Below the pieces are notes generated by a model that saw only the letters and a list, made by a program, of their open reading frames with translations, made no database searches and had not been told where the DNA came from. Both the position numbers and the translations under genes were made by a program. From contig OZ199838.1 in the NCBI GenBank assembly GCA_964304625.1, positions 11,743,608 through 11,807,607 of the forward strand: a DNA stretch of 64,000 nucleotides. The letters are read 5' to 3'. The DNA comes from Kudoa neothunni. Taxonomy: Eukaryota > Animalia > Cnidaria. Every line of letters starts with the position of its first letter. Positions within the stretch are counted from its first letter, which is position 1. Shown in pieces: positions 40,901-53,239 of the stretch.

Positions 40901-42768
40901 GCCTTTATGAAGATTTCAAGGTGATTGTAAATATGAAATGATCAAATTACCGGTATAGTTATAAGGTTTTGTTGATCAGCATATAATCGGTGGGTGATTT
41001 TGAGGTTTGGTATAACCTTACCGCTGGCAACGTCAACAACACCTAACCAAATCAGTCTGTAGGTAAATCGAGTGTCCTTACGAACGTAGAAATAGGTATA
41101 GATACTTCCTGATAGGAACAAAACACCATTTTTGTATCTGCAATCATGAGATGATGTAATATCACATCCTAAATCTAGTAAAGGGGCGCATTTGCTCTAG
41201 ATAATTCTTCTATAGTACAACTTTGGTTAGATTATAATGTATCACCCCTTTACATTGCCCAAAATGGGACGAGTAATCGAAATCAAGTAGGCGTGTTGAC
41301 AACCAAGAATTTCCCCCACTTGGACTTACGAAAAGCCGGTTGTGAGGTGCTTTACCACTTTGTTTATTAGAATCTTGAACTATAACCATTAAATCGCCGC
41401 CTTTATCATCGCTGACTGCAACATAGTTTAAAACACTAGATTAGAAAAATACGATAGCCATTTCTAAGTAGCTGAAACAGAATGATAACCTGGAATGGTT
41501 GAAAAGAATATTTTGCTGTAGTCTAACAAAAAATAAATGTTTTTTGTTTGCTATGTAAAGAATATTGCGATATTGTGTGATCACCAAAACATAAACATCC
41601 CCATAATAGTTAACATCAATTATTCTAAAATCCTATTTCATAGTGAATAAAAAACCAGAAATCGTCTAAATCCCACTTTAGGAACAATCTTTTGAGGAAA
41701 ATGACATGACTCGAATTTAATACCATCATTCGAGTATTGTAGCTTTATGTTTTTATTTTTATCCTTAAATTGAATACACCATCAATATTAATTTATCAAC
41801 AACAGCGAATTACGCTTGTAATGGCAAAATAATGATGATTTTTTAGCACATGAAAATCAATCACATCAAAAAGCGGGAAAACAGTTTTGTTTCCGCCAAT
41901 AAGCACCAGTTTTGAAGTTGTATTATCTAGAAATTAAAAATATTAAGAAATATTTTAATATCCACATATAATATGCCCTTCACATGAACCAAAAACGAAC
42001 TCCCAGCAACAACCTGGTTATTTTCTATGGATAAACCAATACTAAACAAATACAATGTACAACCCTTTCAAATATTCATCAAATAAATACCAACTAACAT
42101 GAGCTGCATTCATATCAAAATAGGCTACGCTGCTAAATAACTCGTTGGTCAAAACCAACTTGGCCGTCTAACATAAAAATCATCCAATCGCGCCATATAA
42201 TCGATTTTTACACGATTATTAACAGGATGTGTATTAATAGCTAATATTTTATTGTGGTTATTGCAGGATACAACATTTTTGACACTTAGGTTAAACTTCA
42301 TTGAAGAAAAATACTGATGATTAGGTAATGCTTTGATTGTAATGATGTTTGACGCCCGACTAGCCATAATGATCATATTTCTGCCAATATACTCCACATA
42401 ATCCCAAAAATCCGCTTCTTTAGACTCGAATTTTTGAAAAGAAGTAGATTTTTGCCCATCATTCTTCAGATAATAAAGGTCAGAAGCATTCCCCGAATAT
42501 TTTTGCGTATGGTTGTAAAGATGTAGATACATATGTGTATACGACTCGTCATAGGTCAATTTCGAATATTCAAAGCTGTACTTTATAGGATGCTGTTGAA
42601 TTTAATGTTTAACAACTTACAAGAACAACAGGGTTGATTTACCTGTCCTATCGGTACATCTCCTTTTACGATTGATACATCAGGTAGACAGCCCACCAAT
42701 AAATCACAAAATAGGATCAATGATAATATCATCTTGCAATAATAACTCAATATATTAGCTATAAACAT
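37960..42768 (-). CDS. Vps10/SORL1-like type I receptor (Vps10 region, degenerate propeller/EGF, 4 LDLa repeats, TM, acidic dileucine tail); many exons
   Basis: Signal [14 protein letters not shown]; Asp-box SYDYGLSW; 10CC-like [13 protein letters not shown]; LDLa [30 protein letters not shown] and three more; [20 protein letters not shown]; tail EDSEEGLL. Some internal splice sites not resolved. Confidence 0.82.
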
Positions 42769-44355
42769 ATCTGATATTCAGCTAAAGTCGTCCTAAAGCA
42801 AGTACCTCGCTCGCAAACAATAAATCCAGGAAATCTTATCTATTCTATTAGGAGTATTACGTGACAAATGTAAGGTCTGGGAATTTATATAATAAATATC
42901 CAATCATTATTTTTAGATATCATATTGGTAGGATCGTTCAAAAATTCAGCTAAAAATTATTTCTGGGTTTTTAGCCAAATAAAATAAATCATTAAAATAT
43001 ATTATAAATATTATTTTTTTTAATTACCTAATTAAATAAACCGAAACCTCTCGTTCGATTACCTTAAATAAGTCATTAACTTTAGCGTCAACTGAGATAT
43101 AGTTTTTTCTAATAGTTCATACTTATTATTTTTCAAATTATTTCTATTAAAAATTCCAACGATTAATCTAAACTAATACACAGTTCACTCCTTAAAGTAG
43201 TTTTAGTGAATTTCCTAAATTCAAAAACAATATATAAAATTAAAATTTTGTAAATCATTTTTTAACAAATTATAAATAATATCTGAGAAATATTTTGACG
43301 AAATATATATCGTTAATGATCGTATAATGAACTTGCCGTATTATCTAACGCGGCTATTTGTTTGCATAATCTCAGGCTTAGACAAAATTCAAACTTCCAA
43401 CTCATTATTCATTATTCATTATTAGTGAATTAAAAAGTTTTTCATTATATATGTAATAATATACATCATTGTTGGTAAAATGAATAAAAAAGTTTCGTCA
43501 GAGGGATTTTTTATTTTATATACATATTTTAGCTGTTATTTTTGTGATATCTTAAATATTAATAGCTAATGTATTCACTAAATTATGTATGCACACGCAA
43601 AAAAACGTAAAATGATAATCATAATTACTAATTTTGTTCAATACAAGTATTTACGTTGATATTGCTTATTAATATTATACAATTCAACAAAATACAATAA
43701 TAAAAATACGAATGAAATATTTAACCATTGTATTATAATTAAATATTATCAAAGTTAACAAATAGTATTTTAATGAAAAATTGGTTAAAATACAGAATTA
43801 TGACCGAATTTTCAAATTTAGATTATAATTAGTTCGAATATTAATCGTATATTTTTAAACCCAGATTAGCGTTATATTTATGCTATAATTTTTGCCAGAA
43901 TGACTTATTTTCATTCAATATATTATTTTTGATATTATGATTATGCGTTTGCTACAACTGGACACCTATACTTGCATAAAATACGAATTCTTTTTTCTTA
44001 TAGATAGGTTCAACAATTGGCAATCGCTAAGGATGAAATATGATAATCCAACAAAATCAGAGTTGTCCGACTTAAATTCTACAACACATAAAGCATGCTT
44101 TACTTGAGCCAAATTAATTGGTGGTATAACCTGTCGAAATAGTCGCGAGGGACTAGGAATTCTCTGCATTAATAGATTACTGCAAATGCCATTGTGATGA
44201 CAAATAGCGGTTTCTGAAAGTAGCCTATTGATAGCACAATAGTGATCAATACTCATTATTAAAATATTCAGCAGGTTCGTTTTTGTACGTTGTCGCTGAT
44301 TTGGACTACGGCCACTATGATACATTTTAATGAAAAATTCATGTTTAATAATATA

Positions 44356-44442
44356 CAGAGAACCCCTGATTATCCTATTACAGAGTTATCCTGAAATAAA
44401 GTAAATTATCCTATGTTTTTTTTGATAATCGAGGTTTCATTG
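44356..44442. mobile_element. 87-bp Tigger/pogo-like MITE
   Basis: TA-cagagaacccctgattatc ... gataatcgaggtttcattg-TA. Confidence 0.55.
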
Positions 44443-44567
44443 TATCTAAGTTTTATGCAAGTTCGCACGAGGCGTACAATATTGCACATTATTTTCCAAT
44501 CGCTCCAAAAATGTGGAAAACGCATCATTAACTGTATGAATTTATTATGTATTTCCTTATAAATAAA

Positions 44568-44600
44568 CTAGCGCAAAAGCTCCGCTTCACATGGGCTTCC
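44568..44600 (-). mobile_element. Possible Helitron 3' end
   Basis: Degenerate GC hairpin followed by CTAG|T on the - strand. Confidence 0.3.
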
Positions 44601-45345
44601 TTGCCCGTCCACGCAGACTTATGTCTTGAGTGGGCCAAGGTCATTTTAAGTTCAAAATCAAATATAATTATTTTATCCTTCTTTTTATGATATTTTTGAT
44701 CTAAATAAACAGCAATAACCCGATCATCTTCACTTTATTCTTTATTGGACTTTATTTTCATTTAGAAATCCTAAGTTCTTACAACTCATGCGGGGTATTA
44801 GTCACTTTAAATAACCCGTCGATGAACCAATTAATCTAAAAGTTTGTTAACAATGTTTCATTTAATTATAACTTGCTAACATCATTTTATGTTTATTTAA
44901 AAAATATTTAAAACATTCTATCTTTAATTAAACGCGAAAAGTAAAAATTTATTCACATGTATTAACCTCTCCTTTAAACAACAAATCTGCGTTTACACGG
45001 AGTCCCCGCTTACGCACGAACGAATGTTGTAGATCGTCTTAAGTACGTTCAAAATTAGAAAAGAGTAAAGTTAAAGTTACAATTGTATTTAAATAATATA
45101 AATTAAAGTTATATACACATATCATTAAACATTATAGCGAATCACGTGCAGTGGTAATCTCATTATCAGCGCTAAACTATTTACAAAAAGTTGACACTAC
45201 CAATTCACCACTTTATAAGAAAACAGAAAACCCCGTTATATTTTTATAGTTAATTTTTTATTTTTTAAAATACAAAAATAATCTTAAATACTATGGCAAG
45301 TCTCTGTATAAGGAGAAGACTTGTGCGTATACACACATACACTAC

Positions 45346-45369
45346 TATATATATATATATATATATATA
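45346..45369. repeat. (TA)12 microsatellite
   Basis: Direct reading. Confidence 0.9.
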
Positions 45370-45603
45370 GAAGATACATAAAAATGCAAAAAATTTTGGA
45401 ACGATCCTCAAATTTTCCACTTTGTTTATTTTTAATCCTCTAACGGATTTGGTGTGTATTACACCCCAAACCACATTAAATGTGGACATAGAATTTTACA
45501 ACCTCCTCATAGAAAATTGAAATTTACGCCATTCTCCTATATTTATTAAACGTACAACATATAAAAAGCTTGGCTAAAATATAAGTTCAGGTCATGTAAA
45601 TAA

Positions 45604-46333
45604 AAATTCCATCCTCTAAGGGGTTTGGGTTTAAAAACTCCCCAGGTATTTTTTGCTTACATTAACTTGAAAGATTTTAAATAATTAAATAAGAAACTCC
45701 TGTAACATTCTATCGACAAATTTCCAAGAAAATCTGCAATTAGGATCTCACCTAATCCAATGCGGCATTCTTCGTCGAACGCTCGAAAGTTTCCTTTGGT
45801 ATAATATTGAGGTTCTCCTATCAAATGAATGGATAAACAACAACGATTTTTTCAGATATATCGGGTTTTAATAACTAACAAAAGTTCATTTTTTAGTTAT
45901 AATGTTGAAAAATATTCCCTCGGAGATTTTTTTTAATTATGCTCCAATTTGGGTCATGTGGAAAAATGTGATTATTGAAGCAAGAAGCTTGGACTAGTTG
46001 TACCATTGTGGTGAGTGAATTAAGATGAACGCTTTCAGTGATTTCTTGAAGATATCCACTTCCTTAATGGTGAGCTAGATAATAACTTGTTTTTTACACT
46101 ACATAACACAACGCCTTAGTATTCGTTGAAAATAATCCACGAGGATTGAGCTTGAACCAGATTACGTTTTGTAATAGATGTAAATATACTCCAAATACTA
46201 TCAATAGAATCTACTAAAAATTTTCAAGTAAATTCCAAATTATTTTTTGAGTAAATTTAAGAAAAAAAGCCTGGGGTATTTTTCACCATAGGCCAGTTAA
46301 AGGATGGAATTTCTTGTTAGCTTAGAGGGTTAA
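45604..46333. mobile_element. Decayed piggyBac-like element
   Basis: ~45-bp imperfect inverted repeats (aaattccatcct.taa...aaaaa..ccccagg); right end agaggg-TTAA; left terminus eroded. Confidence 0.55.
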
Positions 46334-46736
46334 GTGGGAAAATCAATTAGTCACACACACTTTGAGGGATTTTTTACCTATGCTATATCTAAGGAATATT
46401 TTGAAAAATTTTTATTTATTGTTTAAATACATTAAATACCTGAATTTCGTATATTAAAAAATTATTCTCTAATTCCATACTTTGAAACGTAACGTCTAAA
46501 TTGAATTCTTAGGTGTTTTCTTAAAAAATTCTGCAGATCATCACACTCTTATAATTTCCAGATTAGTCATGAAAAAATTTTATACAATATAATTTATGAT
46601 TTAATAATTGATAATATGAAGGTCAATTTATTTCTTGAAATAAGGCAGGGAGATGAGTGAAAAAAATCCATTTGATCAAAAAAACAAAAAATTATCACAT
46701 ATATAAGGATAGGTATAACTGCGAAAAGATAATTTC

Positions 46737-49700
46737 TTAAAGGAGTTTAGAAAAAGGGTCTATATCTGGAAAATTAGTCGATGACAATTGATTGTTTTCT
46801 GTTAGAAGATTTTAGAGTAAAAATATACATCAAAAATGTACCTTGTTGGTTTGAGGATGTGGGTCCAACGTTGGAGGAATTGAATATCTATCAATTGAAT
46901 AAATGTGAAAAATCGATTTGTCGAAATACGTTCACGTCAAAAATATCACTATATTTTGGCAATTCATTGTCGTCTAATTGTTAAATTAAAGAACGATCCT
47001 ATTATAGGTTAGCATAAATAGTGCTAGCTTACCTGGGGGAGGTGGATGCTGGTTAACGTTTGGGGAAGATATAGTTTCATTCATTGTTCCCTTCAAAAAA
47101 TTATCTTAATTAAATAATTCTAATGATACATTATGTATCTGTTCAAAGGGATCGGGATCGGACTCAACTCTAGAGCTTATCAGCAAGCTACCGCTGGAAT
47201 GCAAGTTTGTGATGATGGACTCGTTTTGCTGAATTAAATGTTATGTTATCATACGTATAAAAATTAATCAATCATTTGTCTCACTAACTTGGTTCATATT
47301 ATTGTAGGTGTTTTTAATCATCTAAATAGCATTCACAATCTCAGAAAGATAGCTTAATTACCATGGATCTAGATGAGCCCACTGTGGGAGTGTTCATAGT
47401 TTTATGGTTACTACTTGATATCGCACGAAATGATTTAATTCATTTTATTTTTAAACACTTATTAAATTACATGCTTTTTACATCGTCATTGCAACCTCTC
47501 TTTTTTATTTTCTTGGCCAGCTGTTTTAGCACAACAGTCACCATTGAGGTCATATCACACGATACGGGGAAAATTCTCTCATCGTAAGCAGAATCGCACA
47601 GTTTTTTGTATATTCTTAAATTTTGGTGTAATTTATCTAGTTCGACACGAATATTCTGCAGTGAGTTGGTATCATAATCAGAAAAGTGTTCTAATTAATA
47701 GATATTATTTTATTGAAAACTGAAAAATTGTTACCCATCAAAAATGGCACCAAGTACCATACACAGCGATGCAATTGCATAATATCATTTAGTTTTAGCA
47801 TAAATATGTGATATTCGATTTTTGTTCCAAAATGTAATTTATTGTTCTAAAATTAAAGTGATGTGAACTAGAAATGAAAAATATTTTTTAAGCTCACTAA
47901 ACAAACTACAGTAGGTGACGTGTGGTTCGTAATTTGAGGAAATATTACAAAATTAACGTACACATAAGATTATAATAAGTTATTTATTTCTTGAACTAGT
48001 TAAAAACATTTATTTGACCATTTTAAATATAAACAAAATATTTTTAAATCAAATAATTATGTTTTTAGGGATTATTTTAGTGACGTGTGGTTGGTAACCA
48101 GGGCGACCACTGCTTGGTTTTTCCCCAAGACCTTGGGTTTTTTGTGGTCACCTTGGGTTCTGGGTTTTTTTTTCATTCTTCTTTAAAATCTTGGGTTTTT
48201 ATTGAAAACCTGCAACAATTGAATAATACAAATTTCATTATGTGTGACATTAATATTTATATTTTTAATAGCGTATCCTATTCAGATCATATCGTGCAGG
48301 GTTTAAACATTCACGATATTGAACGACAGTACAATAGATTGTCTATCGGGGCACGGTTGTTCAATTAACATTGTCGCACATTATTAGAAAATTTAACGTT
48401 ATTTCAAAATATATCTTGAACTATGAATGAATGAATGAATTAATTATGAGCATATTAATCTATACTAGACATTAAGTTTGAATGAGTGTTCGCAACAATA
48501 AATTGCAATAATACGACGATAAATTGAAATTTAATATCTGTAGACGTATTTGAAGACTCGGAAGATGATTAAAAACTTTAATAGACATGTTTCTATTTTT
48601 TGTTGTACTTTAGACTAGCGTTTTTCTCGACCTTGGGTTTTTGGACCGTCCATTTTTGGGTTTCTTCTAAAATCCCGCTGGCAGTTCTGTTCGTAACTTA
48701 TCAGGTGCGTTGAGATTTTTGTTTTCGATTGGTGGCGAAATAGAGGACAGAAATAAAGATTGAGTTAGGCATTAAAAGAGAAATATGAAATAATAAAGTT
48801 TATCCAAAACCAGCGAAGGCATGGATCAGAAACAATATTGAAAATGAAGCCAATATTGGTGATTTTATAAGTGATGGTAACTGTAACGAAGACGACAAAT
48901 TTCATAAATTTGATTGCATAGGATGAAGAATTATTCCATTCAAAATTTCCCCTCTCATTTATCTGATTCGAGACATTACTTGAAATATCATAGTTTAAAT
49001 AGTAATAAACATCAAACGGATATTGAACGAGAAGTACACGATATAATTATCAGAAAAATTAAAAATATTACTAAAACTGAGAAATTCACCCCAACATGGA
49101 TTATCTTTATAGTTGATTTATAGGTTTGTATCCTTCTTAGTATCGCTCGCGCAACCTTAGAAATTACGAACCACACGTACAATATGTGTGGTTCATAATT
49201 TTTTCTTGGTCCCAATGGGATTACGAACGAGTGACCATCCACTGTATATAAATAATGAAAACACATTCATTAGTTTAATTGGTTGATTCATTTGATTATT
49301 TAGAGTAACTAAAATAAAAAAAGGAAAAAACCTACAAATTTTTGCAGTTGATACGAAAATTGAAGCATCGCTACCGATAGATACTTAATAACAACTGATG
49401 GATCTATTCCGTATTGGTGTTGAATAAAAAGAGGATCTCTATATTGAAATAAAAATAAACTTAACACTCACACTTCATATGCTGATTCCCTGACATTAAT
49501 CGAATTTCGATTTCATGATCCAGAAAACATTTTCTTCTCATTTCCATAATTTGAAAATAATTTGTCAACAATTTAATGTCGTCAATTCCTAGCCAATCAT
49601 CAACTAATGTTAGCTTATGTTAGAAAAATTACCAACTTTAGGCCCAAAGTTTTGACAAATAGTTTGATCAAATTCACCAAATGATCGATATATCTTCTCC

Positions 49701-50051
49701 ATTACAAGCTATAAATCAAAACGCAACTCAAATTTTTGTCTCCAACAACCACACAGCCATGTTTTCACATACCCTGTCTTTGTTCATGAGTGTATGCACC
49801 AGTATCAAAGATTTGCATGATGTCAACCAATTTTTATCATGGACTTTTCCATTCAAATATCTTATACAACGAGCTATGGAAAATGGATTAATTCTCAGTT
49901 CGTTTAGTATCTCTAATGTATTTTTTTAATTTGTCCTAATAACAAACGATTAGTTACTTTCGCTGTATTTGAACAAATTGGATGGATCGTCGCTCTGATT
50001 CAGATAACCGTTAACAAATTGGAACAATTTATCTTTATTTAAAACTTTCAT
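46737..50051 (-). CDS. PICALM/AP180-like ANTH-domain clathrin assembly protein, 15 exons, highly divergent
   Basis: Spliced: ..KNWLTSCKSLILVHTLM..IKLLTNYFQIMEMRRKCF..QKFVVTLNNQM..HIFMLKLNDIMQL..FLMEHF.. follows the ANTH helix order; S/N/P-rich tail with DPDPF and DIDPF; 14 GT-AG introns give a continuous frame to TAA 46737-46739. Confidence 0.75.
47909..49244. mobile_element. Non-autonomous Tc1/pogo-like element inside intron 6 of the ANTH gene
   Basis: TA-CAGTAGGTGACGTGTGGTTCGTAAT vs right reverse complement TA-CAGTGGATGGTCACTCGTTCGTAAT; subterminal gtgtggttcgtaa copies near 48085, 49165 and 49187. Confidence 0.7.
48099..48689. mobile_element. hAT MITE nested in the Tc1/pogo-like element
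   Basis: Ends cagggcgaccac / reverse complement cagaactgccag; 8-bp TSD ttggtaac / ttcgtaac; subterminal ttgggtttt repeats. Confidence 0.75.
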
Positions 50052-50520
50052 ATAGATTAGGGTGGTTGTTTTTGTGACGCATTACCCTTTATCCCATCGA
50101 TAATCGTTTAATGTGATTATCATTTATTTGAAAAACTAGAAAATTTTATTTTAACGAAATAATACTTTATCCATCTTTTTTGTATATTTTAATTCTTCTT
50201 ATGTAATCATATCGCATATTATTGTGATGGATTGTTTTGTTTACCACAGAGCCTAAAAAAAAGCCTTAGATAAGATAATTATCTTCTCAGCTTAGAAATT
50301 CATTCTCCGTTAATTATAAATAATACAGGTCTTATACATCAAAAAAACCAAAAATAATCCACAATCCTTCCATGTAAAGGGGTCACTTTGAATATTTCGA
50401 GCTATCTCCTACTGGAATGTAGATTTTTAAACATAATGTAAGTATGTTTAAGTGGATTATTATTTTAAATCAATTTCACGAATTCTTGATTAAGCTTCCG
50501 AGAGCCTTAAAATCAACTAT

Positions 50521-51552
50521 ACGCTTGGTGCTTTAGGGGTCAAATTGATCCCAGGCGGTTATTGCATTGTTAAACGCAATAAATAGTTATGTAATCATGT
50601 GTAAAATTCAATCAAAATTTATCGACAAACTTCTGTCGGATTTTTACCAAGATTTACATTGCGTGTATACAAAATAATTCGAATTTGTGTGATTTTGTTG
50701 GCACAACCTGTGTTTTGGTCGATTCGGGCATTATTATGACGAATTAAGGAGATAAATCATTTTTTACGCGTAAAAATACCTCCATTTCTTTTTTTATTAA
50801 AGATATTGATTAATTACGTCCATTTGTAATGTGAGTAACAAATTAGTGTCCTACAATTGGTAACCAACTTTTACGTAATCCTCTCGGGGACAGGGAAAAC
50901 TAAAAATAGTCACTTAACCATTTTAAACCTGTTTGGATCGCACTTAAACAATATGAATTTGTTTATATCGTCTTTTGTATATAATTTAGGCTATAAACAT
51001 TAGTTTTCTCGCAAAACACATGCAAATCCTCATTTTTATCGTCAGATCCACCAGAATTTCAATTTCGACGATTAAAATAAGTGACATCAAATAATTCGTT
51101 AGAATCGCTCTGATAATCAGTGAGAAAAATCTCATCAAAGTCTTCCTTAGGCTTTTGTCAGCATGTTTCGGATAATTCCGTGCAAATGGCGCGGTAAAAC
51201 GGATGCATCCGTGTCATCCCGTATGACTTCGTTTACATGTTTTCCTTATTTTCTCAATACTCTGTCCACAGAATTCAACCAAACTCAATAATTCAATTCT
51301 TTAAATATTCTGTTATCATTTAAAACAATAAAAACCCCTTGGTCAAATTGGCTCCGAAAGCATCATGTGCATGTTTTTTTGTATATCGTTGTTTATTCTA
51401 CTTTTTCGGATTTTTATTGAATACTTATAAAATAATTTTTATTTTAGGAGAATATACCGAATATTACAATAGCTAAATTCTTCTATGTATATAAAACTTG
51501 TAATACAATAGGCTCTGGGTCAATTTGACCCCAGAAACGCTGGGAAGGTTAA
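50521..51552. mobile_element. Non-autonomous piggyBac-like element
   Basis: ggggtcaaattgatcccag vs ctgggtcaatttgacccc; internal copy near 51336; right end gggaagg-TTAA. Confidence 0.6.
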
Positions 51553-52238
51553 AAGAACTAATTGTAAGCTTAAAATATTGTCATTTCTCAAAAAACATCA
51601 TAAAAATGATTATATATAAGGCTTGATTTGGCGCGATTACCATTTTAGTATAATTCTATTCTTATTTAAAATATGCAAACTAATACTAAATGAATTAGCT
51701 TTTTTGAAAAAAGGTGGTTAATCTTGAGCTTTGTTAATAATATTTGCCATTAGATAACAATTATGTGCAATATTTCTCCTAATTAAGTATTTCCTAAACT
51801 TATGTTTTCCGTGTTTAATTTGCCTTTAGAGTAAATATAAATATAATTTTTAAATATTCTAAAGGATTTTTTTAAATTTTGTATCCAAAATATCTTCCTG
51901 TTCATAGTTTTCTAATAAAACACCCATGAGATACTATTTTAATCCATTCAGGTTACAATTTTTTATTTTTTTAAGAGTGTGCTAGTAAATAAAATCAACC
52001 ATATTAATAACTAAAGAATGATTTTAAATTTTAGATCTGTCTAAAATTTTATTAGATTTTGTATTGTTGGAAAACCGCAATAGAAATCCGGACTGTGTCT
52101 TACTTTATAAATACAATGAAAATTCGATTTTACGAAAAAATTGTAATGAACGATCTTGTTTCCGGATAAGCGGGAGTTCCTTTTCTTTTCAAAATTATCT
52201 ACTTTTTAAGAGATTTTGTCTTAAAGACCCACTTAAGA

Positions 52239-53034
52239 CAAGGGTAGGCAACGGCCGGCCCACGAGGGGGTCAATGATAAATAAATAAAAAAATTTTTTC
52301 GACATATTTGTATACTTTTTTCACTTTATGTAATCGATCTTTTCTGCACAAAAAGAAGCTGAATAGCAACGTAAACGATGTTAATGAAATACTACTTCCT
52401 TTATCTAAGTATAAATGAGTAAACAACAAAATAAAGTTTAAAATATTCCCCTAAACAAATTTCTTACTTATTTTTATTGATTGTACGTTATTAGAGCTAT
52501 TGTGACTGATGTAAACATTTAGTGAATGTTCTTTCCGATTTCAAACCATCATTTAAGTATATAAAATATTACATTCAGTATAAATAAAGACGAGTGAATT
52601 ATAAAATAAAAAATTGTATAAAACTAGCAATTCCCTCACAAAAAAATGTTTAACGTTCGTTATATTATTTTCGGATGGCAGTGAAAATTTATTATCTTCA
52701 ATATCAAAATATAAATTAATTAATCCATTTTTTAATTTTACTGTGAACAATTCATTACAGCTAAGGGATTTAAATATATTCTGGGCCGCCTGTTAGTTTA
52801 GCACGACTATTCAGGGCCCAATTTAAGACTATATACAACTTAAAATTATATATTTAATGGTGAACATACTTTTGGAGTTGGAATTAAATTACGATTCATA
52901 CAAACTTCCACGAACGGACAAAATAAAATTAGAGATCAAATTCTAGGATGAAACAATTAAATAATTATGATTCATTCAGTGTTGGCCGTGGATCACAAAA
53001 TAGTTAAATGATGGGTGAAATTTTTTCACACCTG
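52239..53034. mobile_element. Possible decayed hAT MITE
   Basis: caagggtaggcaacggccggccc start, internal gggcc motifs, possible end cacacctg; TSD poor. Confidence 0.3.
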
Positions 53035-53239
53035 TTTTAGGGAATATTGGGAGAGTTGAAAAATATATTAGATTGATTTTGATTAAGTTTTCTTCTCGCC
53101 AACCTTTCCTAAGAAGAAAAAAACAAATCCAGTACTTGTCTTACTTGATGAACTTGAACAAATATAATCAACCTTAGCTAAAAAGATATTAAATACTAAA
53201 ATAAACTAAATAAATAATAATCTTGTTAATTATCTTTAA

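Noticed and set aside
43966-44325. 119-aa ORF
   Set aside because: No recognisable motif or linked exons, and it lies among TE debris; cannot be supported.
46737-47801. Stand-alone orphan gene starting MLKLND
   Set aside because: It is in frame with the upstream exon and continues the ANTH alignment, so it is the 3' part of the PICALM-like gene.
48110-48200. ttgggtttt repeats as telomeric or CRISPR-like array
   Set aside because: Irregular spacing and located inside a TSD-flanked hAT MITE as subterminal repeats.
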